This document shows, piece after piece, positions 12,698 through 24,000 of a DNA stretch of 64,000 bases. Position 1 is the first letter of the stretch, and each line of letters opens with the position of its first letter. Where the stretch lies: NCBI GenBank assembly GCA_964016885.1, contig OZ024743.1:325376001-325440000 (forward strand), written 5' to 3'. The position numbers and the translations under genes are program-made. The notes beneath the pieces are model-generated. The model worked only from the letters and a program-made list of their open reading frames with translations, was not told the origin of the DNA and ran no database searches. Source of the stretch: Eledone cirrhosa. Taxonomy: Eukaryota.

Positions 12698-13911
12698 CTA
12701 GCATTAAAGCCCGGCGTTGCTCTGGGTCATTAAGTTACCAAAGTTAGGTTGCACCACCCATTTTATGGCAGCACTTTTTTGTCTGCCAGGCACTGGGTGA
12801 ATGAATTGCAGACCTGGAAGCATGAGCTGCGCCAGCAGTGACAATTGTAGTTTCGCCTATGGATATTATCTCTGTGCAAAAAAGTGTTGAAATTTATTGT
12901 TTCACAGTACTTGCGCAACACGCGCGTAGACGATGCCAACCAAACAACAGAGCTGCGATGGAGTTGTTCTGCATGGTTGTCTGTGTGTTTTCTAAATTTA
13001 AGACAGTAGGGAGGGTTGTGATATGAGGGAGAGTTAGCTGTTGTTTCTAGCAGGTTTAGTGACCTCATAGAGGATATGTGTTTTCTAAATTTAAGACAGT
13101 AGGGAGTGGTGTGATATGGGGGAGAGTTAGCTGCTGTTTCTAGGAGGTTTAGTGACCTCATAGAAGATATGTTTTCTAAATTTAAGACAGTAGGGAGGGG
13201 TGTGATATGGGGGAGAGTTAGCTGCTGTTTCTAGCAGGTTTAGTAACCTCATAGAGGATATGTGTTTTCTAAATTTAAGACAGTAGGGAGTGGTGTGAAC
13301 GGACAGTATCACCATCAAGCTTGGAAAGAGAAAGTAGCAGAAAGTATGAAGTTGTATAGATTTTGAATGGTAGTGGAAAGAGTTTAGCAGTTTAAATGAC
13401 AGAGGAAAATCGTAAAATATTGAGTTTTATCTATTTTTTGCGTAATTGTGGGTGAAATTGAAAAAATTATCTGCGTCAAGACGCAATCGAAACTATTTCG
13501 AATACTGAGTTCATCATCTTCATACGTCCACTTTTCCCTGCTTGCAAGGGTGGGACAGGAACTGATTCTGGCTTGATTTCTACAGTTGGATGCCCTTCCT
13601 AACACCAACCTCATTTACAGTGAGTGCTGGGTGCTTTTTTGCCGTGGCACCTCCACGACCACTTTGCAGTGGAATGATAGGGATCCCAGTCCCTATCACC
13701 TCATTTCTACAGCTGAGTAAACTGGAGCAATGTGAAATAAAGTGTCTTGCTCAAGGAAACAACACATCACCCGATCTGAGAATTGAACTCACAACCTTTC
13801 GATTGCAAGGCCAATGCTCTAACCACTAAGCCATGTAAATTTCAATTGAAGAAATTCTATATCGTAGATTTCTATAATAAAGGAGCTTGACCACACACTG
13901 AGCTTTATAGA
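12698..13911 (-). mobile_element. Non-autonomous Helitron, copy 2 (tandem with copy 1; interrupted by a SINE)
   Basis: Near-identical to copy 1 with the same termini (CTAGCATTAAAGCCCGGCGTTGCTCTGGG ... GAGCTTTATAGA on +). Confidence 0.75.
13509..13835 (-). mobile_element. Family-B SINE inserted in Helitron copy 2
   Basis: Interrupts CGAATACTGA|ATGGT|AAATTTC, which is contiguous in copy 1; a partial copy lies at 13940-14128. Confidence 0.85.
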
Positions 13912-14394
13912 TTATGATGATATATATATATGCATTCATTCATTTCATTATACGTCCGCTTTTTCCCTGCTTCCAAGGGTGGGACGGGAACTGATACTGG
14001 CTTGATTTCTACAGCTGGATGCCCTTCCTAACACCAACCTCATTTATAGTGAGTACTGGGTGCTTTTTTGCCGTGGCACCTCCACGACCACTTTGAAGTG
14101 GAATGATAGGGACCTCAGTCCCTATCATGTGCCTTCATATACACACATATACATAAGTATGTAAAATACATAGATATAAAAACACACATACACACACACA
14201 TATACACACACACACGCGTACATACGAATGCATTCGTATACATATACAAACACGCATACACACACATGCACGCTCACATGCATAGATACAATATAAAAAC
14301 CAGCCGTATGAATAAATGAGTACAAATTATACGCAAGTAAACATACATAGAAGCGGCTGAGAGACAACAGAATATAATATATATATAAAGAAAA

Positions 14395-14881
14395 TTTCGC
14401 TCTACATGGCTGAATACAATAAATGTAATCTGAGTTTTTCGAATATTAATAATAACATTCGATTCGTTTGCAATTACACAAACAAGCCTCAATTTTATAG
14501 CTATGTCAGTAGAATGAACACTGATTTGCAGACACTGATTTGCATATTAGCAGACTAGCTGATCAGTCAGATCTGCATATTAGCAGATCCACTGATCAGC
14601 CAGATTTGCATATCAGCAGACTGGCCGATCAGTCACTGTGTATTTTTGAAAATAGCATATATTTTCACTAGCTCTGAGAGTTTGGCAGGTGAACAGTGAG
14701 CTGTACTGATGAAGGGTGATACCCAGAAACATTAGTGTCTGCAGTTCTGTTCACATGCCAACACAAGAGCAAGAATGAAGTGTTCATTCTATTGACATGG
14801 TTATAAAATTGAGGCTTGTTTGCAAAATTGCAAACGAATCGAATATTATTATTAATATTCAAAAAACTCAGATTACATTTA
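14395..14881 (+). mobile_element. Hammerhead-bearing repeat HH-A, copy 2, with an inverted 5' duplication of its own 3' end
   Basis: ~14420-14522 is the reverse complement of ~14779-14881; central 33-bp repeats and a hammerhead. Confidence 0.75.
14691..14752 (+). ncRNA. Type I hammerhead ribozyme fold
   Basis: GAACAG-t-GAGCTGTA-CTGATGA-a-GGGT-gat-ACCC-a-GAAA-CATTAGTG-TC^TGCAGTTC-TGTTC; 8-bp stem I, 4-bp stem II, near-palindromic stem III; predicted cut after 14739. Confidence 0.8.
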
Positions 14882-14891
14882 TATATATAGT

Positions 14892-15230
14892 GGAAACACA
14901 TGGCTTAGTGGTTAGAGCATTGGCCTTGCAATCGAAAGGTTGTGAGTTCAATTCTCAGACCGGGTGATGTGTTGTTTCCTTGAGCAAGACACTTTATTTC
15001 ACATTGCTCCAGTTTACTCAGCTGTAGAAATGAGATGATAGGGACTGGGGTCCCTATCATTCCACTGCAAAGTGGTCGTGGAGGTGCCACAGCAAAAAAG
15101 AACCCAGCACTCACTGTAAATGAGGTTGGTGTTAGGAAGGGCATCCAGCTGTAGAAATCAAGCCAGAATCAGTTCCCGTCCCACCCTTGCAAGCAGGGAA
15201 ACGTGGACGTAAAATGAAATGAATGAAATG
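14892..15230 (+). mobile_element. Full-length family-B SINE
   Basis: A box TGGCTTAGTGG, B box GAGTTCAATTC, CCTTGAGCAAGACACTTT and GGAAGGGCATCCAGCTGTAGAAA central motifs, tail CCCGTCCCACCCTTGCAAGCAGGGAAA..GGACGTAAAATGA. Confidence 0.9.
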
Positions 15231-15694
15231 ATATATATATATATAGTAAAAGAATTCTCTAACTACAAACCGAGACGAGCATGATTCGATCCGGCAATCT
15301 CACTATCCATTCAAAACCACCTGGATTTAAAATGTCTGCTATACTGACACCAACAAACCAATTTTACACATCTTCACTATGATTAACTGTCAGTTGACCA
15401 ATCAGACATTAAATCAATTGACAGTCCCTCAGCTTTTTTATAGACACAGCATTACCATCAATCTTCACCTCCATTAGTATAATACTTTCAAAATACCCCA
15501 ACCTTAATCACCCAACTGTTAACATTATCTTTTTATTTTTAATTTTTATTTTTTATTCTTTATTTAACCCATCTCACCCCCATTGTATTTGAATGTCACC
15601 ACTACCTCATCATCACATTTTATTCCACTGACCAGTATCTCCCTTATCATATCATCTCTTCATACCACTTCCCTCACTTTCTCCATGTTATTAC

Positions 15695-17715
15695 AGAGTT
15701 CAAGATTTTGGCCAAGGTGTTAGCAACAGACAGATCCATACACGACAACCTCCACCTCATGCAATACATCATAGAGAGGGTGGTTAAGGAACCTGGCACG
15801 GGTGGGGCCCTGATCAACTTGGATCAATCCAAAGCATTCGATAGGGTCGACCATCGGTACCTGGCGGCGGTCCTCGAGCAGCCGGTTTCGGGCCCGTTTT
15901 CAGGGGTTGGATCGCAGCAATGTACAGCGACATCTGCTCAGTTGTGAGGGTGAACGGTCACCTGTCGCAGCCGTTCAGTATCATGCGCTCAGTCCGCCAG
16001 GGTTGTCCCCTCTCGTCCCTCTTGTACGTATTGGCTCTCGAGCCGTTACTGCACAATCTGGGGGCGATGAGGGGCGTCCCACGTGGTGGTGTCGAGCATC
16101 AGACACGTCCAGATGCTCGGCACCGCTCTCAAGGAATACGAAGCGGTGACAGGAGCAAAGATAAACCAGGAAAAGTCGGTGGGCTTGCAGCTCGGCACCT
16201 GGAGAGGCAAGTCCATGCCGTCCGACAGCGTCGTGGGGCGTTGGACGGACGGACCGGTTAAATTGCTCGGGGTCTGGTTCAGACCGGACCTCCAGATGGA
16301 GAAAAACTGGAACGAGGTGACGAGCAGGGTGGCCTCCCTCACCCAGAAATGGGCCGAGAGGAAGCTGTCCCTGAAAGGCTGGGCGGAGGTGGTGAATGCG
16401 TACATCCCATCCATCATCTGCTACCGCCTCACCATCGACCCTTGCTCCAGCCCAACTCTCACCAAAATGGAGCGCCTCCTCTTCCGCTTTTTGTGGAAGG
16501 GACGCGCTCCCATGGTCAGACGATCCATCTGCTGTCAACACCCGTTGCGTGGAGGACTGGGCATGCCATGGCTGATGATGCGCTGAGGCTGCAACATCTC
16601 TGGTGCTTCCTTGATGGTGAACGGGTGTGGTCGCCGTTCGCCAGGCACGTTTTCCCACATCTCGTCTCCTTGATGGAGCTGCAGTCCTGGGTCAGAAAAA
16701 GACCGAGGGATAGTGCTTGGAAACTGGAATGTCTCCAGGCGCTCACTGCCCTCTGCCAGTTGGGCACCAGTATCGGTGGAACATCCACCTCAGCGTTCTA
16801 TAGAGGACTAGTGGAGGGGAAGAGCGACGACATTCTCGGAGAGATCCTGGGCGTCGAAGAAGATCAGCTGTTTGCTCTCTTGTGGAGAACTTTCAGCCCG
16901 GGGCCTATGGATAACTTCCAAAAATCCCTGGCCTGGCAGTGCTACCGGGGAGCGCTGCCAGTTCGAGATAAGTTCTACAGGCACGGAAGTGCCGTCAGCC
17001 GAGTCTGTCCGAGATGCGCGCATAGCGACGAAACCATCGTGCACGCACTCGTTCAGTGCCCGAGCATTGCTGACTTGTGGAGCTATGTCGAACAGTGCTG
17101 TCGCGTGTGGGACTGATCCGGTTGTCGACTGAGTCCATTGTGCAGATGGTCTCACCGTTTTCCTTCGAGGAGGAAGGGCAGGTGGTTTTCATCTGCCTGG
17201 TGGCCATGGCGAAAGAGATTGTGTGGTGGACATGGTTAAAAGGGTTAAAGACAGAAACTTTCCTCTTCGGCGAATCCCTAATTAACTTTTTCAAGTTTCA
17301 CTTGAAGAGGAAAATCAGGGTGGAGAGGCAAGTGCTGCCCTCTAGCAAGTTTGTTGAAAGGTGGGTGAATGTAGCGAGAACGGTCCGAGTGAACGGGACC
17401 GCTCTGAATATACGTCTGTAGTTTGAGAAATGGAAAAATTGAGAGAGGGCGTTTGCCCTGGTGGTCAGGGTGGCCGTGGTCTTTTGTGTGGTTTTCGCCA
17501 CGAGTAACCCTCGGAGGTTTCCCCCTTATTGGGGAATTTTTCATTGTTTCAATTTTCATTTTTATTGTTTATATATATATATGTTTCTATGTCCTTTTTT
17601 TTCTTTTCTTATATAAATAATAAAAATATTTACACGCACAAAACCCACATCGTACTGTCCTGTACCGTCTGTAATGTTTTTCTTGATGTCAGCCCTTGTG
17701 GCCAATAAAGAAATC
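15695..17715 (+). mobile_element. 5'-truncated Tx1/L1-clade LINE (RT plus C-terminal zinc finger), frameshifted
   Basis: LDQSKAFDRVDHRY, SVRQGCPLSSLLYVLALEP, GGLGMP, CPRC...ETIVHALVQC motifs; stop at 17421; T-rich 3' UTR ending near AATAAA at ~17704; YADD region deleted. Confidence 0.85.
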
Positions 17716-17751
17716 ATTGTTATTTTACACTTCTATCCACTCATCACTGCA

Positions 17752-17785
<34 letters not shown>

Positions 17786-18219
17786 TTATTATTGTTATCA
17801 TTAATCTTATTAATATTATTGTTGTTTTCATTTATGTTATTCTTCCATGTATCTATAAATACTAGCGCATTGTATCATGTACACAAATCAGTATTCTGAC
17901 GATTTGGTCAGATATAGACTGTAATTAAAGTCGAGTGACATGACTTCTAACGATCACCAACTTTTAGACATACCGGGCTAATGAAACAATTGCTAATACT
18001 TTAAATAAACCCTATTCTACAGCCGATCATGTTATTCTTCATTCTTTTGCTATTATTACTCCAAGAACCTGCCTAGGAACTTTCTTAAACCGGCCACCCG
18101 ACTAGGGGAACTTCTTGTTGAGTCAAACAACAACGAACGTTAAAACTATCCTCGATACAGAGTACTCATGACCTCTAGCTGGATTACCTTAAACGATATC
18201 TTGTTATCTTATATATATA

Positions 18220-18254
<35 letters not shown>

Positions 18255-18434
18255 ATAATAATAAATTTGAAGACTAAAATCCAAAGGGGGCTCGATAAGG
18301 ATAAATATATATCGAATAAATGAGAACTGTAGAGCAAATATTTATTAAAATATTTCAGAAGATCCCGTTAAGGGTGAAAGCAGCGATTCTTTGCTTAAAC
18401 TTTAATCTGTTATTTTAATAAATATATCTATATC

Positions 18435-18469
<35 letters not shown>

Positions 18470-18781
18470 TAGGAAGGGCATCCAACCATAGAAAACCTTT
18501 CAGAAACAGTTCTGTACTAGCGAGACATGGTCTCCCAACCAATCTCGCCTCAAGTGGGACAAAACCGTCCAACCCCTGCTAGCGTGAAAGATGGGTGTTA
18601 AACGATGATGATGATGATTTTTTTTTTTTAATATAGAATTGGCTTCTATAGGACTAGAATTGTTTCATTCGAAGGAAATCATCAGGAGTACCTTACTTAC
18701 TGTTGTTATCCCCGATTGAAGCCGGGATACACACACACACATTGGCAATATTCTTACAACAATATGACCCTCCCCAAGTAT

Positions 18782-18852
<71 letters not shown>

Positions 18853-19261
18853 AGCAGGGAAAAGCGGACGTAAAATGATGATATATATGTATATATATAA
18901 AATATAAAATTTGGAAAACAAGGCAAAAAAAAAATTTTTTTGAAGGGGAAACATTAACATTTATTTTTTTAATAAAAAGTCAAACAAATGACACAGAACT
19001 CCAAAGTCTTCAGCCATCGGAATGAACTTCTGGCAGTTTCGACCCCTACCGACGGTACCTCTGGTCCACTTGGGGTCACAGTGTCTGACATAAGCTAAAG
19101 CACTGTCTGTGGAGTAAAAGACAAGACAAAACAATAACTTATAGCAATTAAGCCATAACAGGTACACACAGAGTTTTATGCAATGACTGTGAGAAAGTAT
19201 TGTGTTTTTTATAGTAATGATAGTCTCATTGCAGCATGTAGTAGGTTAAAGTGTTAAGGAA

Positions 19262-19497
19262 TGTAGAACATTTTGAACATATAAAAATAACCATGAACAC
19301 ATCTTTAGAAAATTGGGTAAAAATACCCCTACAGATGGCAAAAGTGGCCATCAGTTGCCATTGGGAATCGGACTTTGTACCCCCTCAGATTTTCAGTAGC
19401 GGCTGCTGGCCACTTTTTTTTTATCTATGAGGGTATATATACCTGATTTTCTCAAGTTGTGTTCTCAGCAATATTCCAGCATTTGAGATTTTCTACA
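19262..19497. mobile_element. Foldback/MITE-like long imperfect palindrome
   Basis: TGTAGAA...GAACACA..AGAAAATTGGGTA..ATACCC..AGAT..AAAAGTGGCCA pairs with TGGCCACTTTT..ATCT..GGGTAT..TACCTGATTTTCT..TGTGTTC...TTCTACA. Confidence 0.6.
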
Positions 19498-19499
19498 TT

Positions 19500-19650
19500 T
19501 CTAAATATAATAATAAAATAATAATGAAATTATTGTGTAAAGTGCTCAGGTGCACTACAACTCATCAAAGCTGCATGTATAGTACATAGAATAATACACA
19601 AATGTCAGGGAAGTGAATAGTGTATGAGTCATGATATACATGTGTGTATA
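19500..19650 (-). mobile_element. CR1-like LINE 3' end
   Basis: Matches the 3' UTR at 53610-53745 (GTGCTCAGGTGCACTACAACTCATC). Confidence 0.75.
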
Positions 19651-19683
19651 TATATCAAAATGGGTGTATATTTATCAAAAGGG

Positions 19684-20290
19684 CCCAATCCACATTGTAA
19701 AGTGGTCATGTAGGTGTCACGACAAAAGTGCCTAGTCCACACTGTAAAGTGGTCATGTAGGTCTCACGACAAAAGCACCCAGTCCATACTGTAAAGTGGT
19801 TATGTAGGTGTCACAACAAAAGTGCCCAGCCCACACTGTAAAGTGGTTATGTAGGTGTCACGACAAAAGTGCCTAGTCCACACTGTAAAGTGGTTATGTA
19901 GGTCTCACGACAAAAGCACCCAGTCCATACTGTAAAGTGGTTATGTAGGTGTCACAACAAAAGTGCCCAGTCCACACTGTAAAGTGGTCATGTAGGTGTC
20001 ACGACAAAAGTGCCTAGTCCACACTGTAAAGTGGTTATGTAGGTGTCACGACAAAAGTGCCCAGTCCACACTGTAAAGTGGTCATGTAGGTCTCACGACA
20101 AAAGCACCCAGTTCACACTGTAAATGTGGTTGGCATTAGGAATAGCATCCATCTGTAGAAACCAAGCCAAAATCAGTTCTGCGTGAGCGAATCACAGCCC
20201 CCCGACCTGATCTCTCACAGAGGGATAGCCTGTCCTACCCATGCTAGCATGGAAAATGGACATTAAACAGTGATGACCATGATGATGATG
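19684..20290 (+). repeat. 47-bp minisatellite (~9 units) expanded inside a SINE/RTE 3'-UTR module
   Basis: Unit CCCAGTCCACACTGTAAAGTGGTCATGTAGGTGTCACGACAAAAGTG at 19684-20124, continuing into GGCATTAGGAATAGCATCC... and the CCATGCTAGCATGGAAAATGGAC tail. Confidence 0.85.
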
Positions 20291-20356
20291 ATATCTATTC
20301 CTTGATATATTTCTTCTGACAGTTGACTAACATTTTATTCTTATATTTTGCAACAG

Positions 20357-20538
20357 TTTAATGAAGACGGCTCCTTTGTAGAGGCATCTGATGTGGACAC
20401 ATTCACAAGGAACAAATATCTGGTTCACTGTGAAAGTATGTTGGACTCACTGATATGGCTCAGTAAAACTCCTCTCATCCAGACCAATGTCCATCAATTT
20501 CATGGACATATCTTGGTTGAAGCGAGTGTCATCAAAGA
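20357..20538 (+). CDS. TTC16: TTC16-like, probable 5' coding exon (FNEDGSFVEA...MLDSLIW...VIK)
   Basis: ttttgcaacAG acceptor and GA|GTAAGA donor; open frame; phase 2 joins in frame to 44377; possible start ATG at 20438. No recognisable homology in this exon. Confidence 0.6.
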
Positions 20539-20578
20539 GTAAGATTTCTTTCATCACAGTCTTCATTATTATTATCAT

Positions 20579-20609
<31 letters not shown>

Positions 20610-20709
20610 GTCATCATCATCATCTCGTCATCATCATCATCATTGTCATCAACGTTGCTGTTATCATCATCACCCTCAACACCATCATTGTCAGTATTAA
20701 CATTATTGA

Positions 20710-20900
20710 AGCGGTGGATTGGCAGTATTGGTAGAGGGTCGAACGCCATGCTTTGAAGCATAGAGTTACCTCCCTTTATGATCTGAGTTCAAATCCCGCC
20801 GAGGTTAACTTTGCCTTTCATCCTTACAGGATCGATAAAATAAAGTACCAGTAATGCACTGATATAATTGCTGGCCTTGTACCAAAAGTAGAAACAATTA
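20710..20900 (+). mobile_element. Family-A SINE
   Basis: Complete head, core and tail within (ATC)n tracts. Confidence 0.85.
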
Positions 20901-21095
20901 TTATCATTATTGTTATAATTATCATAATCATTGTCATATTCATCATCACATTTATCATCCTCATCATCATCATCAACTTCATTAACATCACCACCATCAT
21001 CATTATTGTTATCTTACTGGCATCATAATCATCATCATTGTCATAATCTATTACAATCATCAGCATAAGTACCTTTGTTAAGTTCCAAACACCGG

Positions 21096-24000
21096 ACAAA
21101 TAGTGAGACTATGAGTTATATTACTAAATCTATACAAATAGTGAGACCATGAGTTATATTACTAAATCTATACAAATAGTGAGACCATCAGTTATATTAC
21201 TAAATCTATACAAATAGTGAGACCATCAGTTATATTACTAAATCTATACAAATAGTGAGACCATCAGTTATATTACTAAATCTATACAAATAGTGAGACC
21301 ATCAGTTATATTACTAAATCTATACAAATAGTGAGACCATCAGTTATATTACTAAATCTATACAAATAGTGACACCATCAGTTATATTACTAAATCTATA
21401 CAAATAGTGAGACCATCAGTTATATTACTAAATCTATACAAATAGTGAGACCATCAGTTATATTACTAAATCTATACAAATAGTGAGACCATCAGTTATA
21501 TTACTAAATCTATACAAATAGTGAGACCATGAGTTATATTACTAAATCTATACAAATAGTGAGACCATCAGTTATATTACTAAATCTATACAAATAGTGA
21601 GACCATGAGTTATATTACTAAATCTATACAAATAGTGAGACCATCAGTTATATTACTAAATCTATACAAATAGTGAGACCATCAGTTATATTACTAAATC
21701 TATACAAATAGTGAGACCATCAGTTATATTACTAAATCTATACAAATAGTGAGACCATCAGTTATATTACTAAATCTATACAAATAGTGAGACCATCAGT
21801 TATATTACTAAATCTATACAAATAGTGACACCATCAGTTATATTACTAAATCTATACAAATAGTGAGACCATCAGTTATATTACTAAATCTATACAAATA
21901 GTGAGACCATCAGTTATATTACTAAATCTATACAAATAGTGAGACCATCAGTTATATTACTAAATCTATACAAATAGTGAGACCATGAGTTATATTACTA
22001 AATCTATACAAATAGTGAGACCATCAGTTATATTACTAAATCTATACAAATAGTGAGACTATGAGTTATATTACTAAATCTATGCAAATAGTGAGACCAT
22101 CAGTTATATTACTAAATCTATACACTAGTGAGACTATGAGTTATATTACTAAATCTATACAAATAGTGAGACTATGAGTTATATTACTAAATCTATACAA
22201 ATAGTGAGACCATCAGTTATATTACTAAATCTATACAAATAGTGAAACCATGAGTTATATTACTAAATCTATGCAAATAGTGAGACCATCAGTTATATTA
22301 CTAAATCTATACAAATAGTGAGGCCATCAGTTATATTACTAAATCTATACAAATAGTGAGACTATCAGTTATATTACTAAATCTATGCAAATAGTGAGAC
22401 CATCAGTTATATTACTAAATCTATACAAATAGTGAGACTATGAGTTATATTACTAAATCTATACAAATAGTGAGACTATGAGTTATATTACTAAATCTAT
22501 ACAAATAGTGAGACTATCAGTTATATTACTAAATCTATGCAAATAGTGAGACCATCAGTTATATTACTAAATCTATACAAATAGTGAGACTATGAGTTAT
22601 ATTACTAAATCTATACAAATAGTGAGACCATCAGTTATATTACTAAATCTATACAAATAGTGAGACTATCAGTTATATTACTAAATCTATGCAAATAGTG
22701 AGACCATCAGTTATATTACTAAATCTATACAAATAGTGAGACTATGAGTTATATTACTAAATCTATACAAATAGTGAGACTATCAGTTATATTACTAAAT
22801 CTATACAAATAGTGAGACCATCAGTTATATTACTAAATCTATACAAATAGTGAAACCATGATTTATATTACTAAATCTATACAAATAGTGTAACCATGAG
22901 TTATATTACTAAATCTATACAAATAGTGAGACTATCAGTTATATTACTAAATCTATACAAATAGTGAGACCATCAGTTATATTACTAAATCTATACAAAT
23001 AGTGAGACTATCAGTTATATTACTAAATCTATACAAATAGTGAGACTATCAGTTATATTACTAAATCTATACAAATAGTGAGACTATCAGTTATATTACT
23101 AAATCTATACAAATAGTGAGACTATCAGTTATATTACTAAATCTATACAAATAGTGAGACTATCAGTTATATTACTAAATCTATACAAATAGTGAGACTA
23201 TCAGTTATATTACTAAATCTATACAAATAGTGAGACTATCAGTTATATTACTAAATCTATACAAATAGTGAGACTATCAGTTATATTACTAAATCTATAC
23301 AAATAGTGAGACCATCAGTTATATTACTAAATCTATACAAATAGTGAAACCATGAGTTATATTACTAAATCTATACAAATAGTGAGACTATCAGTTATAT
23401 TACTAAATCTATACAAATAGTGAAACTATCAGTTATATTACTAAATCTATACAAATAGTGAGACTATCCGTTATATTACTAAATCTATACAAATAGTGAA
23501 ACCATGAGTTATATTACTAAATCTATACAAATAGTGAAACCATGAGTTATATTACTAAATCTATACAAATAGTGAGACTATCAGTTATATTACTAAATCT
23601 ATACAAATAGTGAGACTATGAGTTATATTACTAAATCTATACAAATAGTGAGACTATCCGTTATATTACTAAATCTATACAAATAGTGAGACCATCAGTT
23701 ATATTACTAAATCTATACAAATAGCGAAACCATGAGTTATATTACTAAATCTATACAAATAGTGAGACCATCAGTTATATTACTAAATCTATACAAATAG
23801 CGAAACCATGAGTTATATTACTAAATCTATACAAATAGTGAGACCATCAGTTATATTACTAAATCTATACAAATAGTGAGACTATGAGTTATATTACTAA
23901 ATCTATACAAATAGTGAGACTATCAGTTATATTACTAAATCTATACAAATAGTGAGGCTATGAGTTATATTACTAAATCTATACAAATAGTGAGACCATC

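Noticed and set aside
11569-13318. Repetitive 130-160 aa ORFs (MRSLNLLET...)
   Set aside because: Arise from the 93-bp repeat inside Helitrons; some units have frameshifting indels
14892-14965. tRNA gene
   Set aside because: A and B boxes are present, but the head runs into the SINE body and is repeated with it; no clean acceptor stem
18988-19100. ATG-initiated first coding exon of TTC16
   Set aside because: Both ATG frames hit stops, and the only in-phase donor seen (ACG|GTACCT) is weak
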